Source: Gammaproteobacteria bacterium (GTDB taxonomy: Bacteria; Pseudomonadota; Gammaproteobacteria; JBBQDK01). Taken from it: a stretch of DNA of 32,000 nt. Of the stretch, positions 28,635-32,000 are shown piece by piece. The position numbers and the translations under genes were made by a program. The number at the start of each line of letters is the position of its first letter. Position 1 is the stretch's first letter. The notes under the pieces were generated by a model. That model was not told the origin of the DNA, searched no databases, and worked only from the letters and a program-made list of their open reading frames with translations. The stretch lies in contig JBBQDK010000007.1 in the NCBI GenBank assembly GCA_038319625.1, positions 1 to 32,000 of the forward strand, in the 5' to 3' direction.

Positions 28635-29759
28635 ATGATCAAGCTCGATACCGATGCCTTGCGCGTCAATGCGAAACTGCCGTGGCCGGTATTCGACGCT
28701 GCCGGCCGCCTGCTTCTCAATGAAGGTGAGATCATCCCCTCCGAACATGCACTGCAGATACTGCTGGAGCGCGGCCTCTATCGGCAGCAGACTGCGGAAG
28801 AGTTGAAGCAGCAAACGGTCACGCCCGAAGACCGCCTTATCCCCTTCGATGCCCTCAATGAATACATCTCGCGCCTGCAGCAGATCAATGCCGGCCTGAA
28901 AATCGCCAAAGTGGATTGTGTCGAGCGGGTGATTAAGCTGACTCGTGACATCCAGAAGCTCTGCGAGTTGGATGCAGATGCCGCGCTCGGCGCCATCCAC
29001 CTGGGGCAGGAGCACGCCTACTCGCAGCGGCATCAGGTTCACACCGCGATTCTCTGCGATATCTTTGGCAGGACTCTCGATTATTCCCCTGGGCGGCGCG
29101 AATCTCTGGTGGCCGCCTCGCTTACTGCCAATATCGCCATGCTGGAATTGCAGGACCAACTGCATAGCCAGCAAGCACCCCTGAGCGAAGCACAACAGCG
29201 GGAAATCAGGGAACACCCCAACAACAGTGAAATGATGCTCAAGACCGCCGGTGTCACCGATCCACTGTGGCTGCAGATCGTGCGCCAGCACCACGAGCGT
29301 GTCGACGGGACGGGCTACTGCGAAGGACTGCAAGGCGACCTGATTGCCGAGGAGGCGAAACTTCTGGCCCTGGCCGATATCTACTCTGCCATGGTGTCGC
29401 CACGCGCCTACCGTTCAGAGATGCAGGCCAAGGAAGTGCTGCGGGAGATGTTCCTGTCGCGCAGCAAAAGCGTCGATGAACGTTTGTGTATGGTCTTCAT
29501 CAAGGAGATGGGCATCTACCCTCCCGGCAGTTTTGTGCGCCTGGTGAATGGCGAGGTCGCCGTTGTGATCCGACGCGGCAAGGGCGCGACCAGTCCGTTG
29601 GTCAGCAGTGTGTTGAGTCCGCGCGGTGGCCTCTATATAAAACCCTTGCGCCGTGATACCAGTTTGAAAGAGTATGTCATCAAGGAGTTTTGCGCGATGG
29701 AGAAAGGCGTGAAACTGAATTTCTCGGTCATTTGGGGCTATTCCGATCCTGCTATGTAG
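28635..29759 (+). CDS. HD-GYP-family domain protein with a degenerate catalytic motif (N-terminal DUF3391-like region)
   Basis: 374 aa. The blocks QHHERVDGTGYCEGL and LLALADIYSAMVSPRAYR identify an HD-GYP domain. The position of the canonical LHDIGK reads LTANIAM, there is no HD dipeptide anywhere in the protein, and GYP reads GYC. Confidence 0.8.
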   Translation: MIKLDTDALRVNAKLPWPVFDAAGRLLLNEGEIIPSEHALQILLERGLYRQQTAEELKQQTVTPEDRLIPFDALNEYISRLQQINAGLKIAKVDCVERVIKLTRDIQKLCELDADAALGAIHLGQEHAYSQRHQVHTAILCDIFGRTLDYSPGRRESLVAASLTANIAMLELQDQLHSQQAPLSEAQQREIREHPNNSEMMLKTAGVTDPLWLQIVRQHHERVDGTGYCEGLQGDLIAEEAKLLALADIYSAMVSPRAYRSEMQAKEVLREMFLSRSKSVDERLCMVFIKEMGIYPPGSFVRLVNGEVAVVIRRGKGATSPLVSSVLSPRGGLYIKPLRRDTSLKEYVIKEFCAMEKGVKLNFSVIWGYSDPAM

Positions 29760-29846
29760 GTGGAGGGAGGGTTGCTTTGGCATCGCGAATCAATCGGAAC
29801 TTTTCATATATTATAGTGTGTACTCAACCACAGCCGGACCGATTGA

Positions 29847-30509
29847 ATGATTGCCGCGCCTATCGATGCCGCCCTGAATCGCCTCAACAGCCTGTTACCG
29901 TTGCAGAAAAACCAGAAACGCCTGACACCGCCACTGCGTAAACTGCATGTCGCGATTCTGCGTGCCTATGCACAGCATGCCGCACCGCCATCACGAACGG
30001 AGATGGCACAGTTGATAGGGAATGAAGGTCTGGATGACGCTTTGCGGCGACTGGCGGACTATGACCTGATCGTATTGGCGGCTGTCAATGTCGCAATCAC
30101 GGGGGCCTATCCTTTTACCTCGGAAACAAGAGCGCATCGCGTCGCGATCGATGGGCGCGAGCACTACGCCATGTGCGCGCTGGATGCCTTATCCGTTGCG
30201 CCGATGTTCGAGGCTGTGACCTGTGTACTCTCGCATTGCCATGTCCAAGGAATTCCAGTCGAGATTCACATGCAGGGAGCACGGGTGCTGAAGGCCATGC
30301 CGGCGCATCCTTATGTGGGCATACGCTGGCAAAGCACATCCGGGTGCGCGGCGCAAAGCCTGTGTCTGGAAATGGTATTTCTCGCTGATCGCGCAACGGC
30401 CGAGGGCTGGCAACAAGATGATCCGGACAATGTCGATATATTCACGCTCCCCGATGCCGTGATCTTCGGTGCCGCTTTCTTCCGGCCGTTACTAGCGGAT
30501 GCTGTGTAG
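29847..30509 (+). CDS. MerB-family (alkylmercury lyase-like) protein
   Basis: 220 aa. From memory it aligns with plasmid R831b MerB over the catalytic core: HYAMCALDAL against YAWCALDTL (Cys96, Asp99), LSHCHVQGIPV against SSHCAATGAPV (Cys117), AQSLCLEMVFLADRATAEGW against [20 protein letters not shown] (Cys159), and the tail FGAAFFRPLL against LGQEFNRHLL. The SD is weak, so the start is uncertain. Confidence 0.75.
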   Translation: MIAAPIDAALNRLNSLLPLQKNQKRLTPPLRKLHVAILRAYAQHAAPPSRTEMAQLIGNEGLDDALRRLADYDLIVLAAVNVAITGAYPFTSETRAHRVAIDGREHYAMCALDALSVAPMFEAVTCVLSHCHVQGIPVEIHMQGARVLKAMPAHPYVGIRWQSTSGCAAQSLCLEMVFLADRATAEGWQQDDPDNVDIFTLPDAVIFGAAFFRPLLADAV

Positions 30510-30548
30510 CCGGGTACTGCGGGCGTTGCCTCCGTGCCGGCGAATTTT

Positions 30549-30731
30549 TCACGTCGTATCGATCTGTCGCAAGCTGTGTATCCAGTCGGGGTTGTGATGG
30601 TCCTGGTCAAGCCGCAGGTAGCCCTTATCGTGCCGGTTGGGGCTGGCCTCGTAGGCCCGCCAGGTGCCGTCGGCATCCTCTGCCAGCCAAGCCGCCCACT
30701 CGGGCAGGTCAGTGCGACGTGGAGATCTCAC
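30549..30731 (-). CDS. small hypothetical protein (60 aa), possibly coupled to the CDF gene
   Basis: The GTG start overlaps the upstream TGA stop (GTGA). Codon position 3 is G/C-rich. The translation ...PEWAAWLAEDADGTWRAYEASPNRHDKGYL... has no family I recognise. Confidence 0.35.
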   Translation of the reverse strand: MRSPRRTDLPEWAAWLAEDADGTWRAYEASPNRHDKGYLRLDQDHHNPDWIHSLRQIDTT

Positions 30732-31648
30732 ACCACATGATCCGGTGACAGCGCACAGGGCTTGCGCGACTCGCCGGTTTCGACCTGCAGTGTCGCGTGA
30801 TGGATGCTGTAGTCGTGTTCGATAGCGTGCGCGAGATCTGCCAGATAATCATCACCCGGGTGGCCGTTCGGCATGATCAGATGCGCGGTCAGCGCAGTCT
30901 CTGTGGTGCTCATGCCCCAGACATGCAGATCGTGCACTTCGCGTACGCCGGGACGCGATTGCAGGTAGTCCCGCAGAGCACGGATATCAACGCCTTTCGG
31001 CACCGCGTGCAATGCCAGATTCAGCGCATCACGCAGCAGTCCCCAGGTCCCGGCGAAGATCACCACGACGATGACCAGGCTGGTGGCGACGTCCAGCCAG
31101 GCCCAGCCGGTGAGGTGCATGCCAATGCCGGCCGCCACCACACCCACCGACACCAGGGCATCGATGGCCATATGCAAGTAGGCGCCGCGGATATTCATGT
31201 CGCTGTTGCGTCCCGCTCTGAACAGCAGCGCGGTGCCGGTATTGATGACGATGCCGATGATAGCCACGGCGATGACGATCTGGCTGTCGACGACATGCGG
31301 GCTGTGCAGGCGCAGCCAGGCCTCCCAGGCGATGCCACCGCTGACCATCAGCAGCAGCATGGCATTGGTCAGCGCCGCGAGGATCGTCGAGCTGCGCAGT
31401 CCGTAGGTGTAGCGCGCCGATGGTTTGCGCGTGGCGAGGTGTGCCGCGCCCCAGGCCAGCAGCAGACTGAGGACGTCGCTCAGGTTGTGGCTTGCATCGG
31501 CGATCAATGCCAGTGACTGCGCGTAGACGCCAAAAATCCACTCGATCAGGACGAAGCCTACATTGAGTGCGATGCCGATGGCGAAAGCGCGGCCAAAGTC
31601 GGTGGCGGAGCCGTTGTCGTGCGTGTGATGCGCGTGAAGCGAGGACAT
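30728..31648 (-). CDS. czcD: cation diffusion facilitator (CzcD/ZitB-like) divalent-metal efflux protein
   Basis: 306 aa from the ATG at 31648 (MSSLHAHHTHDNG..., a His-rich N-terminus). It has six TM helices with the CDF signature (LIADASHNLSDVLSLLLAW, GAYLHMAIDALVSVGV) and a C-terminal cytoplasmic domain (VHDLHVWGMST...HATLQVE). The track ORF start at 31975 is an over-extension with no CDF similarity. Confidence 0.88.
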   Translation of the reverse strand: MSSLHAHHTHDNGSATDFGRAFAIGIALNVGFVLIEWIFGVYAQSLALIADASHNLSDVLSLLLAWGAAHLATRKPSARYTYGLRSSTILAALTNAMLLLMVSGGIAWEAWLRLHSPHVVDSQIVIAVAIIGIVINTGTALLFRAGRNSDMNIRGAYLHMAIDALVSVGVVAAGIGMHLTGWAWLDVATSLVIVVVIFAGTWGLLRDALNLALHAVPKGVDIRALRDYLQSRPGVREVHDLHVWGMSTTETALTAHLIMPNGHPGDDYLADLAHAIEHDYSIHHATLQVETGESRKPCALSPDHVV

Positions 31649-32000
31649 GCAGTTATGGGTGTCCGATAAGTAAGCCGTTACCGACGGCGGGGTTCGGTGT
31701 GGCAGCGATAATAAACAATCAGTGTGGCCCATGTAAGGCTTGGCGGTAGAAATATTCCCGCTATGGCCGCAGTCATACCATGGGTTTGGCCCGGTATATC
31801 CTGCGGCAGACTCAGTCGCCCAAGCGCTGTATGTCCAGCCCGTCGAGGCAGTCCGGTGTATCGGGCGTGCAGACGTGCAGTTGACCTTCGGTTGCATCGG
31901 GCGATTGAAATGTGCGCATCTGCTGATCGAGCAGATCTGCTTTAGCGTCCGAAGCGTCGAGATTGTCATTTGCACGTGCGGTCAGGCGGCGTACCAGTTC

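Noticed and set aside
31649-31811. Imperfect palindrome ATACCATGGGTTTGGCCCGGTAT upstream of the CDF gene, considered as a MerR-type operator.
   Set aside because: The half-sites match only with an indel, and I could not identify flanking -35/-10 elements with the 19-20 bp spacer diagnostic of MerR-type promoters.
31812-32000. Minus-strand frame open from the window edge to a TGA at 31812 (...ELVRRLTARANDNLDASDAKADLLDQQMRTFQSPDATEGQLHVCTPDTPDCLDGLDIQRLGD). This could be the C-terminus of a gene upstream of czcD. The Cys-x6-Cys tail recalls MerR-family metal sensors.
   Set aside because: Only 62 codons are visible. Third-position G/C is lower than in confident genes. The Cys spacing and context do not match CueR, ZntR or CadR tails well. 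It cannot be supported without the sequence beyond 32000.

Overview
GC-rich proteobacterial chromosomal window (gamma/beta-like gene order), mostly core energy and carbon metabolism, with short decayed or accessory patches between the blocks. In order: (1) a cbb3 oxidase locus, ccoN-ccoO-ccoQ-ccoP, a small 2-TM ORF, ccoG and fixH/ccoH (0.6-6.2 kb). ccoQ is below the ORF-track cutoff and was found by reading the sequence. (2) A repeat-laden, partly AT-rich junction (6.25-7.0 kb) holding a DUF559 stub where ccoI/ccoS would normally follow. (3) A di-haem cytochrome c peroxidase, a BON lipoprotein, a YjdF/DUF2238 stub and a Rieske-FAD reductase fusion. (4) A five-gene, co-directional ECF42-like sigma operon (PhnB/VOC, two DGPF/YciI proteins, a sigma factor with a long C-terminal extension, a GyrI-like protein) with a candidate ECF-type promoter. 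(5) A DUF62 SAM hydrolase, an EAL-domain stub, and the activated-methyl-cycle genes metK, ahcY (preceded by an SAH-riboswitch-like leader) and metF. (6) A thioredoxin-like protein with a translationally coupled hypothetical protein. (7) tkt-gap-pgk-pyk-fba. (8) A degenerate HD-GYP protein, an orphan MerB-family protein, a coupled small ORF and a CDF metal exporter. Two dispersed families of intergenic hairpin repeats recur through the window. I saw no tRNA, rRNA, CRISPR array, transposase, integrase or recognisable defence gene. I cannot honestly point to a clearly new multi-gene system. The best follow-up candidates are the ECF42-type operon (signal and regulon unknown), the orphan MerB-like gene with its degenerate HD-GYP and CDF neighbours, the DUF62 gene beside the methyl cycle, and the unnamed hairpin-repeat families. 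Many ORF-track starts are over-extended because stop codons are rare in GC-rich DNA. I re-set those starts using Shine-Dalgarno spacing.
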